From: Octopus vulgaris
Lineage: Eukaryota
DNA: 64,000 bases
Direction: 5' to 3'
Assembly (NCBI GenBank): GCA_951406725.2
Contig: OX597832.1
Location: 71,610,001-71,674,000 of the forward strand
Shown here: piece by piece, positions 15,841 through 28,963 of the stretch
Numbering within the stretch: the stretch's first letter is position 1
How the letters are laid out: each line of letters opens with the position of its first letter
Position numbers and translations under genes: made by a program
The notes under the pieces: model-generated
What the model was told of the DNA's origin: nothing
The model's database searches: none
The model's input: only the letters and a program-made list of their open reading frames with translations

Positions 15841-16141
15841 CTTTCTTTTATTAGCCACACAGGGCTGAATACAGAGGGGACAAATACAAATGCAGAGCTT
15901 TTCTTTTCGAGGGTGGAAAAAAAGAAAATAAATGTAAGATTGCGATCAAAAGGGATCGAGAGGAGGAAAAAAAAGAAAAAAAAAGAAAATCGTGTATCAC
16001 AGAAATAATGATAAAAACATTGATATAACAAGATTGGGTTCATCCGTGGGAAAAAGCCTACAGAAAAGACCACGGGAACCTCAGTCAGGGAGGAAATAAC
16101 CACATGAGATCAAAATGCTCTCTTTCTTTCTTTTTTACGAT

Positions 16142-19100
16142 CTACAGGATCATGCTCAAAATGGTTTCGTCACTAGCACGCACCATCTTTGCAACATTCA
16201 CCCATCTTTTTTTTAATCTTTCGCGAGACAAAACTTCCCTTTCCATTCTCACCTTCCTTTTCAAGTGGTACTTGAAAAAGTTGATGAGCGATTGGCCAGA
16301 GAGGTAAGTGTTTGTCTCTAATCCTTTCGCTCGGGTCCACCACACACATTCTTTCACCATGGCCACCAGTACGATGAAAACTGCCTTGCCTTCCCGGTTG
16401 AGGGAAGGGGGCGGAGCAATTCTGACGATAGACTCGTCCGATAGGCGGATTCGTCCCACACGTGACAGCAGCCGTTCGGCATAAGCCCACAGGTCTGAAA
16501 TGGTTGGACATTGCACGAGTGCGTGCAGAACGGTTTCGTCGCTCTGACCGCATCTCGGGCAAGTCGGTCCAGTGTGTCTGGAACCGTGTCTGTAGAGCTT
16601 ATCCCGAACAGGTAATGCTTCTCGATAGCACTGCCAGGCCAGGGATCTTTGGTGATTGTTCATAGGTCCCGGCCCGAAAGTTGTCCTGAACAGGCGGGTC
16701 AAGTGTTCCTCGTCGACGCCCAGACTCTGCCCGAGTTCGTCGTCGCACCTCCCCTCCACTAATCCTCTATAGAATGCCTTTGTTGTGATGGAGTCGCACA
16801 AGTTCGATCCCGGACGGCAGAGTTGCTTGAGAGCAACGCGACACTCGCGGTGCCATTCGCCTAGCCTCGGTCTCTGCTTGATCCATGACTGTAGTTCGTC
16901 CAAGGAGACGAGCTGCGGGAAAGCGCGCCGCACAAAAGGCGACCACACCTGTTCACCGTTGTCTATGAAGCGCCGGAGATGTCGCAGTCTCAGCGCATGT
17001 CTGCGCATCATCAACCACGGCATGCCCAGCCCTCCATTTAGCGGGTGTTGACAGCAAATGGATCGCCTAACCATCGGAACGTTTCCCTTCCACAAGAAGC
17101 GGAAGAGTATACGTTCCAGTTTGGTGATGGTAGGGTCGAAACAAGGCACGACGGTCAGACAATACTCGATGACGGATGCGATGTACGCGTTCGCCACCTC
17201 CGCCCGACCTTTTAGGGATAGCTTTCTCTCAGCCCATTTCTGGGTGAGAGTAGCCACCCTAGTCGTTATCTCGCCCCAGTTCTTCTCCATTTGGAGGTCC
17301 GGACCGAACCAGACCCCGAGCAATTGAACCGGTCCGTCCGTCCAGCGTCCCACGATGGAGACGCTGTTGGACGGCATGGGCCTGCTTCTCCAGCTGCCGA
17401 GCCGCAAGCCCACTGACTTTTCCCGGTTAATTTTTGCTCCCGTTACCGCTTCGTGTTCTTTTAGTGTCTCGCCGACCAGCTCGATGTGCTGGTAGCTCGA
17501 CACTATGACGGTGACGTCATCCGCGTATGCAGACACGCTCCTTCCGCATCCCAGATCTCGTGGGATGCCCCTCAGCGTCGCCAGTTTCCGCAGTAGTGGC
17601 TCAAGAGTCAATACATACAGCAGCGATGAGAGGGGGCATCCCTGACGAACCGAACGCATGATGTTAAAAGGTCTGGATAGATGACCATTTACGCGAACTA
17701 CTCAGCGGATGCCGCTGTATAAGGCAGCGATCCAACCGCGGAAAACTGGACCGAAACCAGCCGCTTTAAGGACAGCCTCCAAGTAGTGATGGTCTACCCT
17801 ATCGAAGGCTTTTGATTGATCCAAATTGATCAGCGCCCCACCCATGCCAGGATTCTTAACTACCCTGTCTATGATGTAGCGCATCAGATGGAGGTTGTCA
17901 TGAATACTTCTACCCGGCACGGCGCATGTTTGCGCCTTGTCGATTAGTTTCTTGATGACAAGCGCCAACCTCTCGGCTAACACCTCGGCCAAAATTTTCA
18001 AATCTGCGTTGAGCAGAGTGATGGGCCTGAAATTATCTATGACGTCCCCCTTGTCTTTCTTAATCAGTGCCACTGCTCCTCGCTTTACAAAAGCAGGAAT
18101 ACTCCCGTTTTGCTGCCAGTTGCAGTAGACAGCTGCCAAGACGCATCCAAACAAGTCTGGCATATGAAAATAAAGTTCGTAGGGCAGACCATCCAAGCCT
18201 GGTGACTTGTCTCTCGCGCAGCCTACCATCGCATCCTGTACGTCCGCAGCTGTGATAGGCCTTTCACAAGACTCCACCTCTCTTGCTGAGAGTCGTGGCA
18301 AGGCATGCAGGTAGGCACTAAAGTCCACTCTGCGTTCTGACCCACCACTTGTTCCAAACAGTTGGGTGAAGTGTTGTTGAAAAGCCCCACACATCCTTTT
18401 AGGCTCGAGCAATTCGCGCCCCTGTTCATCTATAAGAGACTTGATGGTGGCTCTGTTGCCTCGTTGCGTCTCCACCACTCGGGCCTCTTGGGCGGCTCCA
18501 ACTCCTTCGTTCCTCAGAGCACGCATCCTAGCTCTGACAACGCATCCCTCATGTTTGGCGTTGAGGTGTTGGTCGAGGGCCAATCTCACCGCCAGCACGT
18601 TGGACGCGATGCCAGTTCTAAGTGCCTCTTCTAAAACCTTAACTAATTCTCCCTCTATTCTATTTCGGTCTAATGCTAGGGCTCTACTGTATCTGACTGA
18701 TTCTGCTTTAATTGCTTTTTTAGGGCATACCACCATCTGTTGTTGATGATGGTACCCGTCAAAGCTCTCTTAACTAATGTGCTGATCCGGTCCCTGTAAA
18801 CCTGTCGTGCTGTAAAAGACGCGTTCAGTTTCCAGTAACCAGGACCCTGCCTATGTCTTATCTAAGTCAAGTGTACAAGTCACAAACTTGTGATCTGTGT
18901 AACTGACTATATGAAATTGTGGACAACCTACACTATTTTTATCTATTGTCCTACAGAATACTCTATCTAAGTATGATCTGGACGACCCGATGCGGTTACT
19001 CCATGTCCACATTGGCACATTCGGGTGGTCCAGTCGGTACCTGTCAGACAGTTGGAAACGTCTGAGCAGGTCTTTGAGGCATTTGCATCCCCTTCTATTG

Positions 19101-19570
19101 CTATCTCTGCCCACGTAGTCTAGATGCGTGTCCAGGGTGGCATTCCAATCCCCCACTAAAAGTAAAGGACGAGACGTTCCCATGAAAGACTCTAGACGTC
19201 GAAAGAAATCTGGTCGGCCTGTTAAGGACGGAGCATAAACTGCTATCAGTCGAAAAGCACACTCATTGCTGCCATCGACATCCAAAACGACCAACCTACC
19301 CTCCGGGTCTAGGAAATTTGCTCTTACTTTGAGATCCAGACTCTTCCGGATAAGCACCACGGTGCCACCTCCGCCCATTCTCGGTAGACACGGAGAAAAA
19401 TAAATGTTGAAATGTGTACCGAAAATGTGCTGGAGTGCCCGCAAGCTGTGGAGTCTGGTCTCACTGATGGCTATGATATTCAGATTTAGTGACTTGATGT
19501 CATTTAACAGGTAGCCTTGTTTCCAAGGCGACCCCAAGCCACGTACATTTATACTGCCTATTCTGAGCAT
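16142..19570 (-). pseudogene. LINE ORF2: AP endonuclease, reverse transcriptase, CCHC; disrupted by stops/frameshift
   Basis: GSINVRGL, ISETRL, VGDWN, YLDRVF, TDHK (EN); PGLDGLPYE, FRPITLLN, DQSKAFDRVDH, RQGCPLS, YADD (RT); CPRC..HALVQC. Split across ORFs 18851-19612, 17702-18736 and 16142-17659. Confidence 0.92.
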
Positions 19571-19707
19571 GTTCCGATAAAATTGTGTTTTACACACGAA
19601 AAGAAAGTGCAAAAAAGGAAAGAGAGAGAGAAAAGTTACTTGTTGTTCGAAAGTCCTTTGTTTTTCACCTCACGGTCTTCTTCTATGAGGCTTTTGTATA
19701 GTTTTTT

Positions 19708-21727
19708 TTATGAATACTTTTGAAATCTCCCTACTGCATCAGGGTAAAGAGATTTCAGGGTGCTGTATGTGTTCTGTGTTACGTGTATTATTTTAATGTG
19801 TTGTGGTGGTGTTGTGCGTGGGTGGTTACTTGTTTTTATGTCGTTTTCAGTTATGTTGGTGTTTGACCTAATGTGTTCCATTAGGTCGTGGTTGTTTGTG
19901 TTTATGGCTGTCAACATTGTTGGGGGGTTTGATGATGGTGTGTTTGTGTTGATGTGTTTGTTTTCTGTGGATGTTTTTGTTTCGGGAGTGGTGTATCTTC
20001 CTGCTTTGTTTGTTATCTTTTCTTTTCTTTTTTTCCCCTTTTTTCTTCTCCCCCCTGTGGCTATTTGCCAATCTTCTGTGTCTTCTTCGTCTAATGACAA
20101 ATCAGAAGAATCAGAGCTTGGAAGAGGGAAAATATTGGGGTCTATTGTAGACTGTGTTGATTTTGTTGTTGGTGTTGGTTGGTGAGCGTTTGGTTGTGGT
20201 GTATGCGGTTTTGGAGGTGGGGTGTGGGTATTTTGTGTTTGAGTGATTGTAGGTATTGTTGTGTTGTTTGGGGTGTCAATTTTGTGGGGATTTGGAGTAG
20301 TAATTGTTTCTTCATTTTCGATGAGTGTCTTTTTGGCAGATGTCCTTGGTTTGGGAGTTGGTTTATTCTTGATTGTTGTTGTTGGTGGTGTTGCTTCTGT
20401 TCTTGGTGCAGTTGGTGTGATTGTTTGGTTGGTGAGGTTTATTTTTTGTTGGTTTTCTGTGATTAGTCCTGTTCGTGCAAAACGTGGTGTGGGTAGTAAA
20501 ACTGGTTTATTTGTTTTTTCCGGCTGCTGTTGTTGTTGCTGTTGTTTTCTTGCGGCAGATTTGCAGTCTTTTTTTAGGTGTTGCTCACTGCCGCATATGT
20601 AGCAACGTGGTCTTCTGCCATCGATGACCACATACAACTTGTGGTCTTCTGATACACATATCTGGGTGGGTATTTTCTTTATGTCTTCTTGGTTTATATG
20701 TAGTAGAAATTCTACTTTTTTTCCCACCCAGTTTTTGTGCTCCGTGACCGTGGTTTCTAAAATTGTGAAATCTTTCATTTTCACACATAAGGCCTTTACT
20801 AGCCATAGATTATTAGCTATTTTTGGGACATTGTTTAAAGTGATCTTAGTCACTTTCTGTCCACGATAGCTTGGTGTCAGTTGAAGTTCATCTAAATGAA
20901 GAGTTAGCGTTGAGAAACGTCTTGCTAACTCTTCAGTGTGGAAGACCACTTGTATTTGTGCGAACTTGTTCCACCAGGTAACATAGTCTTTGTAGCTCCA
21001 GATGGGTTTCAAGCATTTTTCTATTTTGCTTGTGTTAGCCTTCTCTGGACTTTTTGTTTTCTTATTAATTATTTTATAAATAATTGTTCTTTTTTTACAT
21101 CTTCTAATATTTCTTCTGGTATGTTTATTTTTACTATACCATCTACTTCCGTTATTGTAATGTTCGTGTCTTTTATTTGTTGTGCAGTAAAATATACATT
21201 TGTCTTTTTTCTTTAATCGCCTCGGCGAAATTTGTTGTTGTTTTGTTATTGTTGTTGCTGGTGGTGATGTTGTTGTTGGCTGCAGTTGGTAAAATCGGTG
21301 TATTTGGTTTGATTGTGCAAGTAGGAAGGGGTGGAAAATTACTTGCATAATTTATTTCTGTATTCGAGCAGCTTTTGTCAATTTGTTTGGTGGTCACAGT
21401 CTTTTGTTTATTTACTTCAGTTCTTGTTGTTGGAGTAAAACAGGTCTGAACGGAATTGTTGTTGTTGTTATTGTTGTTTTTGTTGTTGGTGGTGGTGTCA
21501 GTGGCAGAAGAGACAGCCGTGGCAGCAGATGTCGAAATGGTGGCGCAATTTTTATTTTTGTTGTCATTGTTATTGTTGTTGTTGTTGGTAGTTGAGGTAG
21601 TGGATGAGGTGGCGGCGGTGGTGGTGGTGGTGAAGGCGGTGGTGGTAACAGTAGTAGTCTCTATGTTGTTCTTGCTAGTGGTGGTGTTGGTGACAGGGCT
21701 GTTACTACAAGTAGTTGTAGCGTTCAT
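19708..21727 (-). pseudogene. LINE ORF1 (gag-like, CX2CX4HX4C knuckle), frameshifted
   Basis: CYICGSEQHLKKDC knuckle, T/N-rich N-terminus, P/T-rich linker. Spread over ORFs 21173-21727 and 19708-21348. Confidence 0.8.
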
Positions 21728-22052
21728 TGCAAAGTCATTGATGATTTTACTTTGCGCGCATAAATTCTTTTTTTCTCCTAGCGTTTCCAGTCTAGGAGAA
21801 AGCTGGTCGATAAAGGAACGCGACCATCATTCTACAATACAATTTCTTGACATTTTCAAAATGTCGAGAAAGAAATTACAAAAATTAAATAGGGTTGAAA
21901 CTGCCCCTAGGGGCGAATTCCTACCTTGGAAAAGCACTCAAACGAAAGTTGGGTGCCTTACACACCTTATTTACAAAAATGTACACAAAATATGGGCTAT
22001 AAATAGTCAAAATAAACGATTACCTTCGGAGCCGAAGTGACAGCACGTCCAT

Positions 22053-22116
<64 letters not shown>

Positions 22117-24186
22117 ATGAATGGATGTTTTACGAAGTGGAGTGTTCATTGTTCAATATTATGGCACGTGTTCGATGAGTATGAAAGGATAAGTGAAGCA
22201 ATCTTGAAAATGAACATTGAGTCTTTATTATTTCGTAAAATTGTACAGTAGTTCGGACATAATGAAAACATTGACAGGTTCTGTCGGGTTGTCGTTTTAC
22301 CATCATCCGACGGTGTTTATGACTTTCGTTGCGTGGAAATCTTTCTCTGGATGGCTAGTTCCTTCAACTGGTCTCGGTGGCTGTTCTCGTCCCTCTCTCC
22401 TTAAAAAATTGAATGGTCGCTACATGTACAAACATGAACAAATGGTATTTTTCGATGCAACAACACAACTTTTATTCTCAACCTGAAACTAATGAGATTC
22501 TCGCAAGAGAAAAATACAAAATACAAACATGTCATAAAATAATAGTGGTAGAAATCTTATAATAATTCTGCTTGTCATTGCGTTACTTAGCCCGTCGGTA
22601 TCGTTTTCACGTGATTAGCAAAAAGGGAGAAAGAAAAGAAGGAGAGAGAAAATGCAGAGAGAAGTGTCCCTGACGTGATGTACGGGGAACGTAATATTTA
22701 ACTACGTAGTTAGAAAAGAAGGTAGAGGAGGAGATTTTAAAATATAATTTTAGCAGAGGAGTGATGTTCTGATGGAGAGGTGAAAAAGAGGCAGTGAGAA
22801 AGGGAGAGGGGAGGTGGTGGTGGTGGTGGTGATTGGATAGTAAAAAGTGTTTTTTTAATTGAACTAAGTTTTGCATACCACTTATCACTTAAGGCATGCA
22901 CATAAGTGCAATTCTGTGAAATATTCACGCTTATTTGCGTGGCAGATGTATGCAGTTTAACTAAAAGTTGTATCATATGTACAGGATATCTTTTATGGGA
23001 AAATGGAAAATTAAGACTGTATAAAGTATACAAAGTGCATATATGAAATGCATTAAGTAATCATCATATTCCAGTTTCTTTCACTTTTGAATGAATAGCA
23101 GATGAGCGACTATCTTTCCATACAGACACAACAGTGGCTACGCTTCTGTTTTTTTTTCTTTTTGGATAAATTTTTCTGAAATAACCCAAAAGGTGTACCA
23201 TTAATTCCGTGAAATATTCACGGGTCCCGCTCGTTAGAATTAATGTAACAGAAAACTGTACAAATGTGAATGCAAGAAAGAAAGTGAGAACACTATTGTC
23301 CATAATTAAATTTCGCAGACATAAAATTGTGCGAATAACAGACAAAAGAGAAAAATTTGTAAACATGATAATAGTAAAAAAAAAATACTCAGAACATATT
23401 GGTCTATAGGATTTATTTGCCATAAGCACAAAATAATTTTAAATGATACGTATAGGCGTATTTTGCTGGCTATTGCTTTTGGTGACAAGATCTGGAGGAG
23501 GTGTAATGACCAGTGTATTATTGAGAGATGATTGTTAGGGGCGTGTAAAAATGTTCTGTTTATTGTAGATTTCTAGGCCAGAGGTTTAAGTAAGAGAGTG
23601 TCGTGAAGCATTCATTTTTGAAGTTGTTTCGATAGCTCAAGGTAAGAATCTTACTTTCTATTTTCACAAGTTTTATTTCACAATTCATATTCAAATTTAC
23701 GTAAATAAAAATTATCATGCAATGCCGACTCACTGTCAAAGCAGTGCTGCAGTGATTGGCACACCATGGTTCCTTAAAGGTCTTGTATACAAAACATTTT
23801 TCGTCACATATCCTGTAACCTCTTCAGCTATTATACATTTCACGTGTCTCCTCCTGTCTCGTTTAGTTTATTCTGTCTTTCTGTGAACCAAACAAGCCAA
23901 AACCTTTATTCATTTTACGTAAGTCTATATTTATCACTTTATCACTTCTCAGATGTGCAGCAAGGCATGACTGACTTTACATCAGGAAAAATTTCGTTTT
24001 TGTTGCAGTCTCGGTGGCAATTTCATTCTTTTTGCAATCGAATATGTTACAATGCCGACAAACCATGTAATGAAATTGATTTTCGGGAAGAGAACGAAAT
24101 GCATTAAGCAGAAATTCAATGATTATGGGACGATTTTCACTAGGGACGTGTTATCTGCAGACGACTTCATGGTCTTCAACCAGATA

Positions 24187-24843
24187 CGAGATCTGATCAA
24201 TAAGTAACGAAGCTAAAGCACACAGAGTAAAGCCGCTTGACAAATTAACCTTGAACTCTGATGTGCATGCACACTAAGTTTTAACGCCCTAGCTCACTTC
24301 TGCTGTTTACAACACTGCTTGGAAGGAACGTGTTTAGCGTGTGATATTTGCATTGACCATGAATCTGCACCAAATTTTGCCAAAAGCTTGGTGATACAGG
24401 CTCAGAGGCCTACACAAAGTTGAAGAAAGTGTATGGAGAGGAGTGTACGAGCTGAAAAAATGACGATATTTACGAACGTTCTAGGAGACCAGCAACTAGC
24501 AGAACTGAGAAAAACATCGCAGATGTGTGTGCAGCTGTGAGAGGAAATCGTTGAATCACCATCTGTAAGTTATCAGAGAATGCACAGATTAATCACGGTT
24601 CAGTTCAGTCCATTATCATTGAAGATTTGGGTATGAGATGCGTGTCTGCCAAGTTTGTGCCAAAACTGCTTTCAGCTGATCAAAAAGACCCTCGGGTTTC
24701 AGTTGCACAAGATCTTGATTGTGTCGAGAACGATAAAAACATTTTGAGAACTTTGCGTAGGCCTCTGAGCAGGTTTCGTTAAACTTTTGGAAAAAAATTG
24801 ATGCTATGATCAATAAGTCCAGATACTTATTCATCAGACCACG
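24187..24843 (+). mobile_element. Non-autonomous mariner derivative
   Basis: TIRs CGAGATCTGATCAATAAGTA / TACTTATTCATCAGACCACG, TA on the left. Internal remnants KFCQKLGDTGSEAYTKLKKVYGEE and EDLGMRCVSAKFVPKLLS. Confidence 0.8.
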
Positions 24844-25363
24844 CATATTATAAAGCAATCGTGATAAGTCAGTTTCGTTAATGGGTTGTTGTACTCCTGA
24901 GATGAAACTGCTGATTGGTTGAATGTAGAACCTAAACATCGAAGTCGTCCGCGAAATTTGAAAACCGACAATTATACGACGATATTTCTCTCTTTCTTTC
25001 TACAGATAATGCACTTCTTACCGCAGTGGTCAATCAGACCAGCTATGAATTGTTATCCATAATTTTACCGTATAGCTTAGAACTGGATGTACAGCTAATT
25101 ATATGTGTGTACCTATGTAATATTTTAAATATAAAATCAGTCACAGGATGCATGCATTGACTCAATATTCAAGTTAAACAACAAACGACACGACCACAAG
25201 AAAGGTGGTGGACTTGAATTGCTGGATAAAACTTATAGAAATATTTCTTGTCTACGTAAGAATTTATTCATTGATTCCTTTGAGTTTCCAATAGTTTCGT
25301 GCGATACAGCTTTACTGCCGTTTTTACTGGGATAACTGCTGGCAGAATCTTTATCACGCCGGG

Positions 25364-26818
25364 ATGCTTAGTGGTATTTTGTCTGTCAACAAAGAATTAA
25401 AAAGAATGACAGAATTAGGTATCATAAAACCTGTTAGTGAACCTACAGACTGGGTAAATTCCCTAGTCATCGTTGAAAAAGCCAACGGAAAACTCCGACT
25501 CTGTTTAGACCCCAAGAATCTAAACAAAGCCATAAAAAGGCAACATTTCAAACTCCCTACAGCGGAGGACATTTTTGCACAAATGCATAACCCTAAATAT
25601 TTTTCGAAACTCGATGCATCTAATGGATACTGGCAAATTCCAGTTGACGAAGAAAGCTCCCATCTGTTAACGTTCAACACACCTTTTGGAAGGTATCGCT
25701 TCACACGACTACCCTTTGGAATTCACAGCGCCAGTGAAGTTTTCCAAAAAGAAATTGCAAAAATAATAGAGGGCATAGAAGGAGCAAGAAATTCACAGGA
25801 TGACATCATAATCTGGTCCAGCACTTTAGAAGAACACACAAATAGACTACAACAAGTTTTCGATCGAATCCGAAAGCACGGATTAAAGTTAAATAAATCA
25901 AAGAGTATCTTCTATGAATCACAAATCACGTACCTTGGGCATCTATTAACCAGCGAAGGGATAAAACAAGATCCAACCAAAGTACAAGCAATCATTCACA
26001 TGCCACTGCCAACAAGCAAAAAAGAATTACAAAGATTCCTAGGTATGACAAATTACCTATGTAAATTTTTATCAAATTACTCCGAAGTTACAGCACCATT
26101 ACGCCAGCTTCTACAGAGTGACACGTTATGGTCATTCGACAAACCACAAATCGAAGCAATAAAAAAGCTAAAAGAAATGATTACCAGAAAACCAGTGCTA
26201 CAATTTTATAATCCAGATCTACCAATAAAAATAACTACAGATGCTAGTAAGCATGGGCTCGGAGCGATACTTGAGCAGAAACACAACGAAAGATGGCTAC
26301 CTGTTTCGTTTGCATCTCGTGCAACAACTCAAGCGGAACAAAACTACTGTCCGATAGAGAGCGAAGCTCTCAGTATAGTTTTCGCATGCAAGAAATTTCA
26401 TCAGTTTATATACGGAACTCATTTCAGAATCGAAAATGACCATAAACCGTTGAAGCAAATATTCACAAAATCGATCACTAAATGCCCCCCCAGAATCCAA
26501 AGATTTCTACTAACATTACAAAGATATGATTTTGACCTAAATCACATACCTGGTAAAGAATCAACTGTTGCAGATACCCTATCACGTGCATACCTTGAGC
26601 AAAATACTCCAGAAGTATCAGACGAAGATATGAAATCGCACATACATGCAGTAATAAAAAATTACCCCATAACCGACACTAAATTAAACGAGTATAAAGA
26701 AGCCACTGCAGACGACCCGTCACTACAGACGACCCGTCACTACAGACGACCCGTCACTACAGACACTCATCACATATACAAGAACAGAATGGCCCCCCAA
26801 AAGACAAAATACCAATAA
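25364..26818 (+). CDS. Ty3/Gypsy pol fragment: reverse transcriptase and RNase H
   Basis: KLRLCLDP, SKLDASNGYWQI, RLPFG, NSQDDII, TDASKHGLGA, YCPIESEALSI, ENDHKPL, VADTLSR. Confidence 0.9.
   Translation: MLSGILSVNKELKRMTELGIIKPVSEPTDWVNSLVIVEKANGKLRLCLDPKNLNKAIKRQHFKLPTAEDIFAQMHNPKYFSKLDASNGYWQIPVDEESSHLLTFNTPFGRYRFTRLPFGIHSASEVFQKEIAKIIEGIEGARNSQDDIIIWSSTLEEHTNRLQQVFDRIRKHGLKLNKSKSIFYESQITYLGHLLTSEGIKQDPTKVQAIIHMPLPTSKKELQRFLGMTNYLCKFLSNYSEVTAPLRQLLQSDTLWSFDKPQIEAIKKLKEMITRKPVLQFYNPDLPIKITTDASKHGLGAILEQKHNERWLPVSFASRATTQAEQNYCPIESEALSIVFACKKFHQFIYGTHFRIENDHKPLKQIFTKSITKCPPRIQRFLLTLQRYDFDLNHIPGKESTVADTLSRAYLEQNTPEVSDEDMKSHIHAVIKNYPITDTKLNEYKEATADDPSLQTTRHYRRPVTTDTHHIYKNRMAPQKTKYQ
26709..26764 (+). 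repeat. 17-bp tandem repeat x3 (CAGACGACCCGTCACTA) frameshifting pol
   Basis: Direct reading. Two extra units add 34 nt and shift the frame. Confidence 0.9.
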
Positions 26819-26945
26819 ACGTCAAACCATTCGTCTCCGTTCGTGATGAAATATCAATCACAATGGTCTCGTTCTAAAAGGTTCAAGAATAATTGTACCT
26901 AAGTCATTACGTAGAGAAGCTATACAGGAAATACATACCGGACAC

Positions 26946-27950
26946 ATGGGTATCGAAAAATGCATAGAGAGAGCGAAGGAATGTATATACTGGCCTGGCA
27001 TTAACGCTCAAATCAAAGACATGATTAACACATGCTCATACTGCATCGACTACAAAAACCAACAATCAGCCGAACCACTAATAAATCATGAAATACCTAC
27101 TACACCATGGACCAAAGTGGGTACAGACGTATTTCACCTGTCTGGAAATTCGTATGTCACAATTATTGACTATACAACAAGATTTTTTGATCTACACGAA
27201 ATAAATGGTTGCCAGTCAAAAACCGTAATCAAAAAATTAAAAGAAACTTTTGCTAAATTCGGAATTCCGCAAACAGTTGTAAGTGACAACGGTCCAGAAT
27301 TCAATTCGGCTGAATTCAAAAAATTTGCAAAAAATTGGCATTTTTATCACACGAAGACAAGCCCGCATTATCATCAAGCGAATGGCATGGTTGAGAGAAA
27401 TATACAGACAATAAAAAAGACGCTAAAAAAGGCATTCAAGAGTGGCGAAGAACCTCAGTTAGCGCTCTTAGCATTACGCATGACTAAATTACAAAATGGT
27501 GCACCATCCCCTGCAAATCAAATAATGAATAGAACATTGCGAACAAATCTCCCAAACTTAATACACGACAAAATTGATATCAGGCCTCACGAAAAGAAGA
27601 AATCAAACATTACAACAGAACTCCCAGAGTTAAAACCACACGACACGGTTAGAATTAAGTTTAACAACAATTGGTTTAGAAGGGGCAAAATAATTAAAAA
27701 ACTAGAGCAACCTCGTTCATACTTAGTAATAACAGAGGAAGGTAATACAGTCAAACGAAATAGACAACATATTCTTAAAACAAACGAACACGTTCGCATA
27801 ACAGAAGAATTAGATTATGAAAATATATTTCCAAAGTCAACAAACACGCATGAAAAAACAAAAACAGCACAACTACAGAATTCAACACTACAAAATAATA
27901 AAACCACAAAAAGTGGACGACGAATAATTATTCCCTGTAGATACAGATAA
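26946..27950 (+). CDS. Ty3/Gypsy integrase
   Basis: IHTGHMG...CSYC (HHCC, starts just upstream of the ORF call), VGTDVF, VSDNGPEF, NGMVERNIQT (DDE), PRSYLV. Confidence 0.9.
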   Translation: MGIEKCIERAKECIYWPGINAQIKDMINTCSYCIDYKNQQSAEPLINHEIPTTPWTKVGTDVFHLSGNSYVTIIDYTTRFFDLHEINGCQSKTVIKKLKETFAKFGIPQTVVSDNGPEFNSAEFKKFAKNWHFYHTKTSPHYHQANGMVERNIQTIKKTLKKAFKSGEEPQLALLALRMTKLQNGAPSPANQIMNRTLRTNLPNLIHDKIDIRPHEKKKSNITTELPELKPHDTVRIKFNNNWFRRGKIIKKLEQPRSYLVITEEGNTVKRNRQHILKTNEHVRITEELDYENIFPKSTNTHEKTKTAQLQNSTLQNNKTTKSGRRIIIPCRYR

Positions 27951-27989
27951 AAAATATATAAATAAATAAAAAAAATAAAAAAGGGAAGA

Positions 27990-28220
27990 TGTAATCATCA
28001 CAACAAACATGAACAATCAACGTTGCCCATTGTCTCCCTTGATACAAGGACATTCAGTAAGTTTCCCGCCACAACAAATACCTTGTACAACAACGGCAGT
28101 CTAATAAAGTATCTCGTATCGTTAACACGTTTTTTTCAGTCTCTCTCATTTTCTTAATCTTTCATACTAAGTACTCACTACTTCCTTTAATACTCAATAC
28201 ATTATATATATACAACAACA
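27990..28220 (+). repeat. Putative 3' LTR of the Gypsy element
   Basis: TGTAATC...ACAACA after the PPT. The right boundary is inferred from the CA end and the junction with the next element; there is no second LTR to confirm it. Confidence 0.6.
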
Positions 28221-28944
28221 GTGAAGAGTTGGAGAAAGAAAATAGGAAAAGAACGCTGGTGGAATCACCACCTAAAGAACAAAAAAAGAAGAAAAAAGCG
28301 AAAAATAAGATTACTGACGAGAAGGAAAGCCGAACGGGAGAAGAGGATACAAAAGCAGAAGTGAGTGAACTGCTAAAAGCAGATGAAGAAAGGGACAGAA
28401 AATTGAAAAAGCAGTTGAGAGCTTGTAAGAGAGGAGGAGGACCCAAGGGAAAGAAACACAGAGTGGCAATGTTATACGACAAGGACGAAAATTTGGAAAA
28501 GATGTTGCCAGGTAGGAAAGATTTAATTAGAGTAAAGTTGACCCCAGGAATATTTGATAAATTTTGGAAGGCGGTAATCGTGGAGAAAGAGATAGTACGC
28601 AAAATGAATGAATATAGCGCATTTGAATGGTTATATGTACGTTATGACACCTTACCAGCTATTGTGGATCAGGAGAGCTTAATAGAGTATGTAACAGATG
28701 AAGAACCAGGCATTACAGACGAGCGCCCGACGTAGCAGAGTAATATATGTAATTGTAAAATTGTAAATTGTAAAATTGTATTTTAAATGAAACTGCGAGT
28801 TTTGGGGGGCTCGTAAGCCGTTCCATCTAATCCATTATAAATATCCATTTCAATTCATAATTTTCGATTTTTTTACTTTATGTACCCCACGTCCTGTCTT
28901 GTAATGTCCCCTCTTAATTCGGGCCTTAGTGCCTATAATAAAGA
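28221..28944 (+). mobile_element. 5'-truncated copy of ORF1-only LINE derivative
   Basis: ORF 28229-28735 and the 3'UTR are highly similar to 29914-30634. Confidence 0.85.
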
Positions 28945-28963
28945 TTTCAGTAGCGACACCTGC

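Larger units (their letters stand above)
15840..22056 (-). mobile_element. Near full-length L1/Tx1-clade LINE
   Basis: 5'UTR, ORF1 with zinc knuckle, ORF2 (EN-RT-CCHC), and 3'UTR ending TAATAAAAGAAAG. Flanked by (TAGA)n on the left and (GA)n on the right. Confidence 0.92.
25388..28220 (+). mobile_element. 5'-truncated Ty3/Gypsy LTR retrotransposon (RT-RNaseH-INT, PPT, 3' LTR)
   Basis: Domain order RT, RH, INT. PPT AAAAAGGGAAGA immediately before TG at 27990. No gag or 5' LTR seen. Confidence 0.9.

Noticed and set aside
26709-26764. Short direct repeats as a CRISPR-like array or programmed frameshift
   Set aside because: Head-to-tail 17-mers without spacers in a eukaryotic retroelement; simple slippage duplication.
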